A stretch of DNA of 56,721 nucleotides from a virus (lineage: Duplodnaviria > Caudoviricetes). Of this stretch, positions 1-9,247 are shown in pieces. The stretch covers positions 1-56,721 of the IMG/VR virus record IMGVR_UViG_3300027819_000014; one strand, given 5' to 3'. Numbering within the stretch: position 1 is the stretch's first letter; every line of letters begins with the position of its first letter. The translations under genes and the position numbers were made by a program. The notes beneath the pieces were generated by a model. The model saw nothing but the letters and a program-made list of their open reading frames with translations, was not told the origin of the DNA and did not search any database.

Positions 1-929
1 CGCGATCGCACTGGACGTCCGGATAGGGCTTCCAACTCTTCCGCTAAAGTCATCCCGGTGACCAGCGTATCACGGTCAAACAGTATAACCGCGCTTTCGC
101 ACTTCCGTATACATTGTGCGAGAAGTGGCTTCTGTTCTGGTGAAATCGCGGTTCCGAGTGTAGCCACCGCTGCGTAGCCTTGGGGGTTGCCATAGTGATG
201 CAGTTTAATTGCGTCTAATGGGCCTTCCGTAATCAATAGCGTCTTAGCTCCGGCGACCGCATCCGTGTTGAAGATTAAACGCTTATCTCCCTGTGTCCGG
301 TAACGCAGATGAGCATTACGACGGATATCTCGCCCGGTCCAACCGATCAAGATCTGATTAACGTAGAATGGGATAATCAACCGCCACGCGAAATCACCAG
401 TCAGCACATAACGCAGATCGAATTGCTTAGCTACGGCGGGCGTATCTGCTCCAAAGCCACGGGTCTGTGCTAAGTACGTCATGAACAAATCACCATAGCG
501 GGAAGTCGATCTAGCGTAGTCATTCAGAGGTTTGAATTCTAGCGGCATTTGCAATGGGGTTGATTCTGGTTCTACTTTAATTCGAGTATGTATATGAACC
601 TTTGGGCGCATCGCCTCAGTAGCCTTGTCCAGTTCCTCCTGTTCTGGTGTGGCAATCAGTTGATTGTTGACAATAGATTGCGCATCGGCAAAACTGCACT
701 GGAGCAGCTTCTGCACAAGTCTACGGGGATTGCGTCCCGCGTGCTGCCCGTTACGCCAGCAATGCCATGCCGGATCACGGATATCAAGTTTAAGTCCAAG
801 GTGTTCGGAAGAATCTGCATTTGCACAGTACGGACATTTAACGGACAAGTTTCCCGTTGTAGTGTGTGGTCCTTGCGTGACGTACGGAATTCCGTAATCA
901 TCACAGAAGCGTTTCCAGTCAAACTTCAC
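1..929 (-). CDS. DnaG-like DNA primase (3' end runs off the window; absent from the ORF track)
   Basis: GTG at 929 overlaps the upstream stop; my translation MKFDWKRFCDD..CPYC..HCWR (Zn finger)..RLIIPF..GWTGR..ITEGPLD..FDRD (TOPRIM). Confidence 0.9.
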   Translation of the reverse strand, partial: MKFDWKRFCDDYGIPYVTQGPHTTTGNLSVKCPYCANADSSEHLGLKLDIRDPAWHCWRNGQHAGRNPRRLVQKLLQCSFADAQSIVNNQLIATPEQEELDKATEAMRPKVHIHTRIKVEPESTPLQMPLEFKPLNDYARSTSRYGDLFMTYLAQTRGFGADTPAVAKQFDLRYVLTGDFAWRLIIPFYVNQILIGWTGRDIRRNAHLRYRTQGDKRLIFNTDAVAGAKTLLITEGPLDAIKLHHYGNPQGYAAVATLGTAISPEQKPLLAQCIRKCESAVILFDRDTLVTGMTLAEELEALSGRPVRS

Positions 930-1387
930 GATTTACTTAACCTACTATCAAGATGTATTCGCATAGTCTTAAGGCGTGGTAGAGTATCACTCCCTCGCGC
1001 CGTCGGGTGTGGCCCGATAATCAGCATGGATTCTGGAACGAGCGGAACCAACGCGTCAGATGCAATGCGTCCAAAGGCCAAAACTATGTCAGGATTTATT
1101 TCCTCCAACACAGATTGCAGATGATTTATGTCAGCAGGAAAAGCCGATGCTGCGTGACCGCCGATGTTCGGTGAAGCTTCTTCCCAAATGATATTTCGGC
1201 ATAGTGTTTCACCAAACACAGATTTCAGTACTCGTCCAGACTTACACCCCATAAACAAGGTTCGCATGATAAAGTCGTGTCGCTTGAGCCCACGCTTTAA
1301 ACCACGATCCAGAATTATACGTATCCGGTCAGGGTCTTTGAACCATTGGTTCTGCATAATAGCAAGGATGGTCTGTTCAGGCTTCAT
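926..1387 (-). CDS. Uracil-DNA glycosylase-like protein
   Basis: PDIVLAFGRIA and HPTAR resemble UDG-superfamily C-terminal motifs. Confidence 0.55.
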   Translation of the reverse strand: MKPEQTILAIMQNQWFKDPDRIRIILDRGLKRGLKRHDFIMRTLFMGCKSGRVLKSVFGETLCRNIIWEEASPNIGGHAASAFPADINHLQSVLEEINPDIVLAFGRIASDALVPLVPESMLIIGPHPTARGSDTLPRLKTMRIHLDSRLSKS

Positions 1388-1544
1388 GGCTTTTTAGGCT
1401 TCAATCCTGTCCCTTTACAATTGGGCATACCCATTCACGATAAGAAATATCTCCCGGAGCGCTGTCGTCGCACTTACCCGATCCAGAGCATTGATCACAT
1501 TTATCGGACTCTAGTTTGGATACTTTAGTCTCGTATTCATTCAT
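1384..1544 (-). pseudogene. Small DnaJ-type zinc-finger gene with an apparent 1-nt deletion
   Basis: MNEYETKVSKLESDKCDQCSGSG..VCP continues as NCKGTGLKPKKP* only after a frame change near 1422; ATGA overlaps at both ends. Confidence 0.55.
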
Positions 1545-3169
1545 GCTGTAACTTCCTCTTCATCAATTAGGGACTCATCCCCGGTGAGTATTGCCGCAAG
1601 TAGATTCTTACCTTCACGGTGATACTGGAGCAGCTTCTCTTCAATTGTACCTTTAGCTACAATGTCGTAGATCAGTACGTGGCTTTCCTTCTGTCCGGGA
1701 CGACGCACTCGCCGTTCAGCCTGCGTGCGGGTGATTGGATCTTCGGGGCTTTCAAAGTAGATTTCGATATTACAGACAGATTGTGGATTGATCGCTTCGC
1801 TACCCACCTGAGTATTGGCGATCAATCCTTGACAGTCTTTATCCACCATAAACCGATGGAATTCACCGGCAACGTCTTTCATACCGCCCCGGATTTCCGC
1901 ATATCCAACCTTCAATTCTGTGAGCAGTTCGGCGATCATCTGCCCCGAGTAACGGAAGTGATGGTACACGATGAACTTGCGTCCCGCGATGCGGTCTTCA
2001 ACCAGTGTCCGCAATGCCTCCAGTTTGGGGTTATTCTTCACCCGGAACTGGATACGTTCGGCGGATACATCATCCTCCTCAGGCTTCAAGGACAAGAATC
2101 CGGACGCGCACTGCCGCATCCGTATATAGACAGAATCCAGCGAGTGGTAGTCGCCACGCTTCTCTTTTATTTTCGCCACAATCCGTGTGTAATACTCTAG
2201 ACCCTCTTCGGTAAGAGTCACGTTCTTGCGGAGGCTGATCCGGCGTGGTAACTCAGTAAGCTCTTCCGAAGTGTAGCTGAGGGAGCGGTGTTTAATGGTA
2301 CGGTGCAGCAATTCTGTTTGCTCAGGACGAAACTTGTAATCCACCCCACCCCAGTAGTTGGGTTTGCCATCGAAGAACACCGCCCGGAACATGCCCATGG
2401 TCTCACCCAACGTGGCTCCGTGATCGATCAGTTTGAACTGTGGCCAGAGCGTCTCCGGATTGCGGCCGAAAGGGGTGCCGGTCAGTCCGTAGCGGAACGG
2501 ACAGCGCCAACTGAGCCAACTCAACATCTTGAATAACAGTGAGTCGTGTCGTTTGATCCGATGGATCTCATCGAGAATTAAGAAATCGAAGTTCTCAACA
2601 AAACTCACGGCGGAATCTTCGTTCAACACTCGGTGTTTCTTACTAGGTTGCTTTTTCTTCTTAACCATATCCGCCATATAGACCTGAAGTCCACCATGGT
2701 TGATTAAGAACATATCTGCCTTGCGATTCAATAAGGCAAAGCGTTCCTCTTTGGATCCGGTCAGGACGCACAGCTTCAGGTCGGGTGCGTTGTCATTAAT
2801 CTGCTCGATCCACGTGGTCATGTGGATGCTTTCCGGCACTACAATCAACGCACAGGAAGCCTCTCCACGCAACCGACGATAGCGGAACAGGTCGTACATC
2901 AGTCCAGTTTTGCCCCCACCCATGTCGTAATAAAACAAGAAGTCTGGTCGCGTTTCCGCCCCGACCATAAATCCGGCCATCTGGTGTATCCACGGATCTC
3001 TACAGAAACGATATCCAAGTGTACGAATTTCCGCAGCGAGTTCCTCCTTCGGCACGGACTTCATGAAGTCGAAATTGTCCAGAGGGCGTTCGGCGTACGC
3101 CTGCAACGCGGCGGGCGCAATTATCGGTAGCCGAACCTGCCTACGTGGCCGACGGGTCTTCTTGACCAT
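1541..3169 (-). CDS. SF2 (SNF2-like) helicase
   Basis: DMGGGKT, LILDEIH, LTGTP, QAERRVRRPGQ motifs. Confidence 0.9.
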   Translation of the reverse strand: MVKKTRRPRRQVRLPIIAPAALQAYAERPLDNFDFMKSVPKEELAAEIRTLGYRFCRDPWIHQMAGFMVGAETRPDFLFYYDMGGGKTGLMYDLFRYRRLRGEASCALIVVPESIHMTTWIEQINDNAPDLKLCVLTGSKEERFALLNRKADMFLINHGGLQVYMADMVKKKKQPSKKHRVLNEDSAVSFVENFDFLILDEIHRIKRHDSLLFKMLSWLSWRCPFRYGLTGTPFGRNPETLWPQFKLIDHGATLGETMGMFRAVFFDGKPNYWGGVDYKFRPEQTELLHRTIKHRSLSYTSEELTELPRRISLRKNVTLTEEGLEYYTRIVAKIKEKRGDYHSLDSVYIRMRQCASGFLSLKPEEDDVSAERIQFRVKNNPKLEALRTLVEDRIAGRKFIVYHHFRYSGQMIAELLTELKVGYAEIRGGMKDVAGEFHRFMVDKDCQGLIANTQVGSEAINPQSVCNIEIYFESPEDPITRTQAERRVRRPGQKESHVLIYDIVAKGTIEEKLLQYHREGKNLLAAILTGDESLIDEEEVTA

Positions 3170-5705
3170 CTTCTTCCTGACGTAAGTCGCGGTGACTGCG
3201 GCTGATCAACGATTCAAGATGTGAATCGTACGTGCTTGGCAGCAGCGCAGCGGATAAAGAGAACTGCCCGATCTTGTAGGCTTGGGTGATCAGCGTCACA
3301 AATCGATCGTCCTCGCCCACCCGCGTGTTAGAGGCGTAAATACGAGCTAGACCCAACTCCCGCTCCGTGGAGGTTTGCGAGTATGTTAACACGGTGTCCG
3401 CCGTGGCGATCTTTGAATAGTCTTCGGCGGTGTGTGCATCAGTGAGCAGCTTCGCGGTCGACCCCGCCCGGTTGGACTGCGTCGCGGTGGCACAGATCAA
3501 GTTGCGCTCCACGGCAATGCCACGCAGTTCCTTGAAAATGCTGCCGAGTTCCAATCTGTAATTGTCGGTGCCGAGCTTCATCAGGTCGGGGTAATCGATG
3601 ATCAGCACGTCAGGTGTGAAATGTTGTGCTCGTTCTAACAGATCGAGATAGTTGCGTAACTGCTGAATGGTCAAACCTCCGGTGGGGAAGGCTTTCACCA
3701 CTAAGCGGTCTTTGGCGTTGAAGCGTTGCAGCTTGCCGGAGAGGATCTTGCGTGCTCCGGTATCCCGGAAAGCGGGCACGTTCCGTAGAATCTCTCGATC
3801 TAGCAACTCCACCCGACCTAAACTATCCAACCGCAGCCGGGTGATGTTGACCTGAGCCTTTGTACGCTGAATACTGAACAGACTTTGCAGATACCGCTGA
3901 ACGATCAGTCGCTCGGATATCTCCAGTGTGATGTGCACCACATTCAACCGACGCAGCAACGCCTGTTTACCGATATGTATTAATTCCCACGAATTGTGGG
4001 CAACCATATCTGAGACGATAAAGTTTTCGTGTTCAGGTACAGTTAAATCAAACGTCTCGCGTTCGCCAACGTCTTCAATCTTGACAACTTGATCAAACAA
4101 AAAGTCATCAGTCCAGCTTCGGCAGCCATAAAGACTACGTGTTCCACGTCCGTGATCATCTTCAAGTAAAGGCTTTAATCGTTTGGCTATTGTCATCTTT
4201 TTACCGGTGAAACCAATTCGGGTAATGTATCTAAGAATATTTGTGCGGTCCTTTATGTGCACAGCACCGTAGCCTGGATATACTTTTCCCTGGAAGTGTC
4301 CAACACCGTAATGAAATTTGCCTACGACGCCAAGGCGTAATAGTAGGTGGTATACTTGTTCAGCCATTTTTGCACTTGCACTACTGTACTCGATTACGGC
4401 TGTTTTTCCGCTACCGTATATAGAACCATCACAGGAAAAAAGCGCGCGTAAAAATTCAGCAATCAATTCGTCTCGTAATTGAAAGACAAAGTCAGGGATT
4501 GTTTTTTCTTTTGACAGTTTATTGGCTAGACCAAGGCTTTCGAACCAGTCAGCCGTGTGGCAGCTATTGTGCCTATTCTTTTTACGGTAATTATTTACTA
4601 CGTAATACACTTCTCCATCACAACTGCGAGTAACTGAATCTCCAAAAGCCATCCGTATACACTTACAGAAATCTTTGGCTATAGTTCGATCACTTCCTTT
4701 AGAAAGCCACGGTCGTGGACCGTTCATGTGTCCATCGGCTAACACATACCCGAGCACTCGTAATTTGCATGGATCTTCTTTCTTCTGCCCAAGATTTACT
4801 AGGTTTCTGGGAACGGCAATGCGATCAACTTTCGGGCGAAGTTCGTCAACAGGAATCCAGACGTGCTTTTCTGTAAAGTACAAGTGTTCTTTTGTGGTAA
4901 CGATTCGCCGTCCGGTTTTTGTTGTCAGTCGAACACAGGGCTTTTTTCCATTTGTCCAGTGCTCAGTTACGGAGGTGACCTTCATCTGGCCACTCTCTGG
5001 ATCCATTGCAAGCACACGCTTATCTTTATCGCGGACTACGTCAGCAATTCGTTTCTGCTTACCGTTAGGCAAAAGCACAAGTTCATCAGCCGCAATACAC
5101 TTGCCTCTCTTGGGAGGTGCGATGAACAAATGCAACTCTCCACGGGCTGGCCCCAATTGGGCATCATCCAAGGGCTTTATCCCTAATGGTAGTAATCCAC
5201 TACGGGTTTCCTCATTCAGCCGATCCAGCCCCTCGATCAGCCGCAGTCCAGGGGTGAAGGACGACACCTGCGTACGCAACGCAGTGTTCAGCGCGGTCTT
5301 AGCTTCTTCCAGATTACCCGCCTGTACCGCCTCAGATGCTCGGACAATCCCAGTACGCAAGGCTTGATCGCTGACAAAGGTGTTGAGTTGGGAGATGACG
5401 AAATCCTCGTTCACCGTGTCCCGCAGATCGGCGATCTGTTCCGCGAGTTCCGCATAGACTTCCGGTGGGGTGCTGCGGTCGGAGCCGTCCTCGACTAATT
5501 CCTCAATCAGATCCACCGTATGTGTTAACGGTGGGCAACGGAACGTGTCCAGGTACGTGTAGATGCGCTCCACCAATCGGCGTTGCCCTGCGGCCGCAAA
5601 CATCCGTGGGGTCACCGCGTTGCGTATCAGCGCGGAAGCGTTTGTTGAATAACAGAGTAGCGTGAGGATCTGGAGTTGCAGCGGGATGGGGAATTCGCCG
5701 TTCAT
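3141..5705 (-). CDS. Replicative DnaB-like helicase containing an intein
   Basis: APPKRGK|S Walker A interrupted by the intein; HITLE, IIDYPD, ATQSNR. Confidence 0.92.
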   Translation of the reverse strand: MNGEFPIPLQLQILTLLCYSTNASALIRNAVTPRMFAAAGQRRLVERIYTYLDTFRCPPLTHTVDLIEELVEDGSDRSTPPEVYAELAEQIADLRDTVNEDFVISQLNTFVSDQALRTGIVRASEAVQAGNLEEAKTALNTALRTQVSSFTPGLRLIEGLDRLNEETRSGLLPLGIKPLDDAQLGPARGELHLFIAPPKRGKCIAADELVLLPNGKQKRIADVVRDKDKRVLAMDPESGQMKVTSVTEHWTNGKKPCVRLTTKTGRRIVTTKEHLYFTEKHVWIPVDELRPKVDRIAVPRNLVNLGQKKEDPCKLRVLGYVLADGHMNGPRPWLSKGSDRTIAKDFCKCIRMAFGDSVTRSCDGEVYYVVNNYRKKNRHNSCHTADWFESLGLANKLSKEKTIPDFVFQLRDELIAEFLRALFSCDGSIYGSGKTAVIEYSSASAKMAEQVYHLLLRLGVVGKFHYGVGHFQGKVYPGYGAVHIKDRTNILRYITRIGFTGKKMTIAKRLKPLLEDDHGRGTRSLYGCRSWTDDFLFDQVVKIEDVGERETFDLTVPEHENFIVSDMVAHNSWELIHIGKQALLRRLNVVHITLEISERLIVQRYLQSLFSIQRTKAQVNITRLRLDSLGRVELLDREILRNVPAFRDTGARKILSGKLQRFNAKDRLVVKAFPTGGLTIQQLRNYLDLLERAQHFTPDVLIIDYPDLMKLGTDNYRLELGSIFKELRGIAVERNLICATATQSNRAGSTAKLLTDAHTAEDYSKIATADTVLTYSQTSTERELGLARIYASNTRVGEDDRFVTLITQAYKIGQFSLSAALLPSTYDSHLESLISRSHRDLRQEEDGQEDPSAT
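3993..5099 (-). mobile_element. Intein (369 aa) with LAGLIDADG homing endonuclease, in the helicase P-loop
   Basis: Starts CIAADELV, block B TTKEH, LGYVLADG and FLRALFSCDG, ends FDLTV..NFI..VAHN/S. Confidence 0.93.
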
Positions 5706-6295
5706 TTTTGTTCTTTATCCAATTGAGGATTCGTACGGAGGGAGGCTACTAAGGGGAGTAATCCGTTGCGGGCGTAATCAGGGAAGTTTTTATCCACCAC
5801 TACAGCTAGATTTTCCAACCCCCAACACACGCTGCGCCACCCAAAACCGTGTATGTGTTCAGGGCTGTTCAATTGGCCAATGACCATATCTGCGTACAGC
5901 CGGAGCATCGAAATTGTTTCCGGACGGGATGCTTTAGGGAACCACGTCTGGTGTTGATCCAACGCATGGGCCACAGCCTGGGACCATTGCGAATAGATCG
6001 GGATTTTGCGGAACGCCGACAACGGCATCGGCGTGCGGGACCCGAGTTGATGCGCCACCTGAGTGGACAGCGCGTCGTAGATTATCCGCTCCTGCCAGGT
6101 GCTCTCGGTTGGTAAGACTGCGTCTGGGGTGGTAGCTTTATTTACTGACTTACCGCTCAACCGCCGGAGGATGGTGATATGCCGGTACAGCTCGTCTAGA
6201 TCTGCTGGGGTCAACCCGGATGCCATGCGCTTCAGCACCGTCACCGAGGCGGCTCCGGTTATCGGAGCGGAAGACTGAACCGAATCCCCAACCAC
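5702..6295 (-). CDS. Hypothetical protein, first gene of the replication operon
   Basis: ORF overlaps helicase start (ATGA); start uncertain. Confidence 0.7.
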   Translation of the reverse strand: MVGDSVQSSAPITGAASVTVLKRMASGLTPADLDELYRHITILRRLSGKSVNKATTPDAVLPTESTWQERIIYDALSTQVAHQLGSRTPMPLSAFRKIPIYSQWSQAVAHALDQHQTWFPKASRPETISMLRLYADMVIGQLNSPEHIHGFGWRSVCWGLENLAVVVDKNFPDYARNGLLPLVASLRTNPQLDKEQK

Positions 6296-6325
6296 GGGAA
6301 TCTCAATCGCTAATATCGGGAGAGG

Positions 6326-6370
6326 AAAAAGGGTCCGGACCTAGACTTCTTGTTGACAGCTAGGTCCGGA
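6326..6370 (-). terminator. Intrinsic terminator-like hairpin in the replication operon leader
   Basis: 11-bp perfect stem TCCGGACCTAG (6334-6344)/CTAGGTCCGGA (6360-6370), followed by CCCTTTTT on the minus strand. Confidence 0.6.
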
Positions 6371-6375
6371 TTTCC

Positions 6376-6486
6376 TCAGTCTGTGTGTGCTTTACGTTCG
6401 CCGACCGCGATGGGGAAAGGAACAAACCCGTCGTAAGGCAGACTGAGAAACTGGGGTGTAAGGAGATGAGGTATTAAGCGAGACAT
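6376..6486 (-). CDS. Possible 36-aa leader peptide
   Basis: AAAGGA 5 nt before ATG; MSRLIPHLLTPQFLSLPYDGFVPFPIAVGERKAHTD*; ends just before the terminator. Confidence 0.35.
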   Translation of the reverse strand: MSRLIPHLLTPQFLSLPYDGFVPFPIAVGERKAHTD

Positions 6487-6542
6487 GACGATCCTTTCGA
6501 GGAAAGTAGTGTTACACAGTCAGCGATACAGCACACGGAAAA

Positions 6543-6572
6543 ATTATACCGTGCAAAATTTGCGGAAGTAAA
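6543..6572 (-). promoter_or_regulatory. Sigma70-like promoter of the replication operon
   Basis: TTTACT-N18-TATAAT; same flanks as the promoter at 26374-26403. Confidence 0.7.
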
Positions 6573-6604
6573 GTTCTTTTTATTAGGGGTGAAATTTGTC
6601 ACGT

Positions 6605-6633
6605 TTTCAAGGGGGTTAGCTTAGGGGTATAAT
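6605..6633 (+). promoter_or_regulatory. Sigma70-like promoter of rep
   Basis: TTTCAA-N17-TATAAT; RBS AAAGGA before ATG 6668. Confidence 0.6.
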
Positions 6634-6667
6634 TTCTAGGGTAGACTTTTAATAAAGGAAAGACATC

Positions 6668-7675
6668 ATGCCACACGCGAACTCTGTTAGCGGTTACGGG
6701 CCACCAACTATGGGTGAAGATGACAAAGAAAAACTAACTCGTGATTTTAATTTGCAATTTGCAGGAAAAGCACCAAGTAAAGCTGATAAAAAGCCACAAG
6801 CAGAAATTAAACCCCGTACCGCTCCTAATACTCACCTAGAGCTTGCACCAAAACGGGCCGGTGTGATTTCAAACAAAGTATACACTATTGCTAAGGGTAA
6901 TACACCGCTGGGTGTCCCAGCAACAGCCGCGATTGGACTACAGATTCCAATGAGCTATCGCATATACGCATTGTTAATCTCACAAATACGTCCAACTAAA
7001 GACTTAAGTTTTGCCGAATTCACAGTCCATAAAAATGCACTGTGGCAAGCGATTGGTGCTGATCCGTACCCTTCACTTGAAGAAGTGGAACGGGTTATGA
7101 CCAACTTAGCTGGTGGTGTTTTTGTTGTAAGTGATGAACGTAAGTTTGCTGTAATGTCATATATGCAATACTGCAAATTTGATCGAACAACAGGACTGTG
7201 TCAGCTTCGATTTAATCCAGAAGTATCACCATATCTTCGCCTTGATGAGCCGCGTGATTACCGTAAAATACACTTTCAATCTGTCTGTAGATTGTGGTCC
7301 GCGTACAGTGCTGAGCTGTACATGTTCTTAAGGCGATTTGTTGGGCGTGACTACTCACCTACGCCGACTAATAAGGAGCGAACAAAAATTACGCACGAAG
7401 TGTCCTATAGCACACTTAGAATGATTTTGCAGGTAGATGATCGGCATTACGCTAGGCACTGGTCTGAATTTAATCACGACGTTTTACGGCCAGCTATAGC
7501 CGATATAAATAAGTATACCGAATTAATAGTTAAATACACCGTTAAGCGAAGTCTTAAAGCACAAAAGCGGGGGCCAGTACATTCTATCTGCTTTAGTGTT
7601 ACAGAAAATAAACGTATGATTAGTGATCTTGGTAAGCGAAAACGCGCTAAAGCTATACCTGATCTGTATGCATAG
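6668..7675 (+). CDS. Plasmid-type replication initiator (Rep_3/RepB family)
   Basis: LRFNPEVSPYL, YSAELYMFL, LRMIL..Y..WSEFNHDVLRPAIADINKYT typical of Rep_3 winged-helix domains; adjacent iterons. Confidence 0.85.
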   Translation: MPHANSVSGYGPPTMGEDDKEKLTRDFNLQFAGKAPSKADKKPQAEIKPRTAPNTHLELAPKRAGVISNKVYTIAKGNTPLGVPATAAIGLQIPMSYRIYALLISQIRPTKDLSFAEFTVHKNALWQAIGADPYPSLEEVERVMTNLAGGVFVVSDERKFAVMSYMQYCKFDRTTGLCQLRFNPEVSPYLRLDEPRDYRKIHFQSVCRLWSAYSAELYMFLRRFVGRDYSPTPTNKERTKITHEVSYSTLRMILQVDDRHYARHWSEFNHDVLRPAIADINKYTELIVKYTVKRSLKAQKRGPVHSICFSVTENKRMISDLGKRKRAKAIPDLYA

Positions 7676-7753
7676 TACCGGTAACTCCCCTTATTGTACC
7701 GGTAACTCCCCTTATTGTACCGGTAACTCCCCTTATTGTACCGGTAACTCCCC
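7675..7753 (+). repeat. Iteron array: 21-bp GTACCGGTAACTCCCCTTATT x3 plus a 16-bp fourth copy
   Basis: Exact head-to-tail repeats with two-helical-turn period, starting at the rep stop codon. Confidence 0.9.
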
Positions 7754-7756
7754 GCG

Positions 7757-7802
7757 TTATCCATAGTGAAATCTAACTTACAACTTGTAACTAGGAACTA
7801 GT
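7757..7802 (+). promoter_or_regulatory. DnaA-box-like site and AT-rich AACT repeats (putative origin unwinding element)
   Basis: TTATCCATA 7757-7765 (one mismatch to TTATCCACA), then CTAACTTACAACTTGTAACTAGGAACTAG. Confidence 0.5.
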
Positions 7803-7870
7803 ACCTACACCGAAAAATTATTTTCTGTGTTCAGTATCACCTAAATACCACACCTCGCTAACGCTCGGTG

Positions 7871-7900
7871 TGTAGGGAGCGCAAAAGCGCGCTCCCTACA
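7871..7900. terminator. Strong hairpin between convergent transcription units
   Basis: 12-bp perfect stem TGTAGGGAGCGC/GCGCTCCCTACA; no clear U-tract. Confidence 0.55.
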
Positions 7901-7935
7901 ACAGGCTTCGCCGTACTGGGTTCTTTACAACACAA

Positions 7936-8355
7936 TCACGTTACGGGTAGTGAAGTAATCCGTACCCCGTTCAAGTAAACCGGTAGCCCCGCTTTCAGTG
8001 ATATCTTTACCATATCTTTTGTACCCTTGCTTTCCGTGATGTTGTTATGGAACGCCAGGACCAGCGTGGGTTTCCCTTCCGTGAGCATCTGCCGGTTACG
8101 TATCGGACCAGCGGCTTTGTGATATTGATTCCAGTCCGCAGGGTAGGCAAGGATACGGTCTTTGGGTACACCTAGTTTTTGGGCCATCTCCGCACCCATG
8201 CGGTCTGCGCCGTTAGCGTCACCGTGGATGATGATATCCACTTTACGGTTCAAGTGCTTGTCCAGAACGTTGGTGAGTGTACTCAGGTCGTTCCAATTTC
8301 GATCTCCGGTGATCAGGATGCGCTGTGGCTTATTGCGGATAAAGGGTCGGGTCAC
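7936..8355 (-). CDS. SLOG-family (YspA/DUF2493-like) protein
   Basis: ITGDRNW, IIHGDANGAD, PADW..AAGPIRNRQML, SKGTKDM. Confidence 0.85.
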   Translation of the reverse strand: MTRPFIRNKPQRILITGDRNWNDLSTLTNVLDKHLNRKVDIIIHGDANGADRMGAEMAQKLGVPKDRILAYPADWNQYHKAAGPIRNRQMLTEGKPTLVLAFHNNITESKGTKDMVKISLKAGLPVYLNGVRITSLPVT

Positions 8356-8609
8356 CTGTAAGCCTCAATTAATTGTGCACCACGTGGTATGATATTGGCG
8401 TATCCGGCCCCGGAGATTCCGGTAGCAACGGCAATTCCAAGATATCCTTCGTCAGCTTGCCAACCATCTACCGCGTCCTGGATATCGTCATAGGTGCAGC
8501 GGAATCGCTTTGCCGCCTGCCGTAAGGTCGGGTACACGGTGCCTTTGCCTTTAGCCTCGTGCTTAGTGGCAAAGCGATCTGCATAATCAAATAATTCTTG
8601 TGGGGTCAT
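8352..8609 (-). CDS. Hypothetical protein
   Basis: Tightly packed in the early operon. Confidence 0.7.
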   Translation of the reverse strand: MTPQELFDYADRFATKHEAKGKGTVYPTLRQAAKRFRCTYDDIQDAVDGWQADEGYLGIAVATGISGAGYANIIPRGAQLIEAYR

Positions 8610-8611
8610 GG

Positions 8612-9247
8612 TTATTTATTCCAGTAGGTTCCGAACTTACCGAGTTTGAGTGCGGCGACCAGATCACGCTGTAACACGGTGGGTGACGCAGGCAGTGGAA
8701 TGGTGAATGGCTTATCACCCTTATCGTTATCATCGAAGCTCGCGAACCAGACGTGTGGACGGACGGTTAAAACGGCATCCTTCTCATCAATCTTTATCGC
8801 AGAGAACCGATATCGATCGATGTTTCCCACAACACGCATCGCTCGCAAAACCTTGAGGTAGTATTGGCGTTTCCAACCGTCCAGAAACACGGGACGGGTT
8901 GAATCTCCGTTATAGATTGAAAACGATTCATTGAAGAACCAAATCCATTCTTTATCATCTATTGCACGGATTTTCGGTACGTCATGCTCATTGTACTTTG
9001 GGCCAGGATCGCCTCTTCCCATACACCACGCAACGGCATGCGGGTGCGGACGTAGCATTGCTGTGGTCTGGGCCATCACTAATTGCCCGGCTACAGGTTC
9101 GCCTTTTTCCGCATATCGCCATTGAGGCCATCTTTCTTCAGTTGGTCTGGTGTGATTGTCACACAATTTGGACATGTGTTCAGCTTCAGCTAATAGATAG
9201 GTCAGGATGCGTTCACGGTCAGTTAGGTCATTTTTCGGTGCTTTCAT
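8612..9247 (-). CDS. Hypothetical protein
   Basis: 211 aa, ATGA overlap. Confidence 0.75.
   Translation of the reverse strand: MKAPKNDLTDRERILTYLLAEAEHMSKLCDNHTRPTEERWPQWRYAEKGEPVAGQLVMAQTTAMLRPHPHAVAWCMGRGDPGPKYNEHDVPKIRAIDDKEWIWFFNESFSIYNGDSTRPVFLDGWKRQYYLKVLRAMRVVGNIDRYRFSAIKIDEKDAVLTVRPHVWFASFDDNDKGDKPFTIPLPASPTVLQRDLVAALKLGKFGTYWNK

Noticed and set aside
6353-6358. TTGACA as a plus-strand -35 box
   Set aside because: No plausible -10 at 16-18 nt; it lies in the terminator loop.
7675-7753. CRISPR array
   Set aside because: Repeats are head-to-tail with no spacers and sit next to rep; iterons fit better.
7474-7764. Minus-strand ORF with GSYRYNK repeats
   Set aside because: Translation artefact of the 21-bp iterons, antisense to rep.
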